NCBI GenBank assembly: GCA_002269645.1
Contig: NIVC01004424.1
Coordinates: forward strand, 1-46,531
Length of the DNA stretch: 46,531 nt
Reading direction: 5' to 3'
Source: Macrostomum lignano
Taxonomy: Eukaryota
The position numbers were made by a program, and so were the translations under genes. The notes below the pieces were generated by a model. That model ran no database searches. It saw nothing but the letters and a program-made list of their open reading frames with translations, and was not told the DNA's origin. Within the stretch, counting starts at the first letter, position 1, and every line of letters starts with the position of its first letter. This document shows, in pieces, positions 46,115-46,531 of this stretch.

Positions 46115-46531
46115 AAAGTATAGGGACGCAAAGATTATGGTAGGCGTCTTGCGCGCACGCGCTCGCAGAAGAGACGAGAAAGACAGTTTTTGACAGATTG
46201 TGGGGTCAGGCTTGTAGGTCAGACTCTAGCGTGGCGGTCAGCGTGGTGGTCCGGCCTTGGCCCCGTCGGAGACGCTCGGTTGGCTGATGCAGCAGGGTGA
46301 GCGCCAGCGGGTTTTGCTCCCTCTGCCATAGCTGAGGAAGCAGTGGCCGACGAGCATTAGCCGGCGCCGCTGGAGTGGCACTGAGCTGAGGCACGCGGGC
46401 TCTCGCCATCAGCAGGTCCGTCGGCAGCCGCTCGGGGTAATGGATGCCAAGGGCGAACCGCAGCAGCGATCGGTAGGCAGCGTCCAGGGCTCGAGACCTC
46501 GAGTCGGTCATTGGCACTGCCTCCAGTCCGT
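46115..46531 (-). mobile_element. 3' end of an RTE-like LINE, running off the window
   Basis: ALDAAYRSLLRFALGIHYPERLPT and QNPLALTLL parallel the other copies. The 3' UTR motif is shared with 23670-23710. Confidence 0.8.

Overview
Eukaryotic (animal) genomic DNA with GT-AG introns and a heavy repeat load. The composition and repeat style resemble free-living flatworm (Macrostomum-like) assemblies, but that is inference only. Genes: an intact two-exon F-box gene and its pseudogenised tandem paralog; an intronless ORF with a bacterial-style ParB/sulfiredoxin-fold motif (LIDGRHR); two intronless calpain-family genes, one with an intact C/H/N triad and one apparently catalytically dead; four divergent ~160-aa signal-peptide proteins of an unrecognised family sharing C-x5-[WY] and G-x17-GG-x-C, three of them with an ATG-only first exon; and a 9-exon HSPA12-type Hsp70 with a long polyQ/Pro N-terminal extension. 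Each calpain sits 300-400 bp upstream of a secreted-family gene on the same strand, forming a duplicated two-gene cassette, which is the most striking system here. Mobile DNA: a mariner relic, two GGG-ended Mutator-like MITEs, a tRNA-derived SINE, three RTE-like LINE copies (one with a 5' inversion), a truncated Gypsy element and several minisatellites. Old repeats show a strong CpG->TpG/CpA->TpA decay signature.
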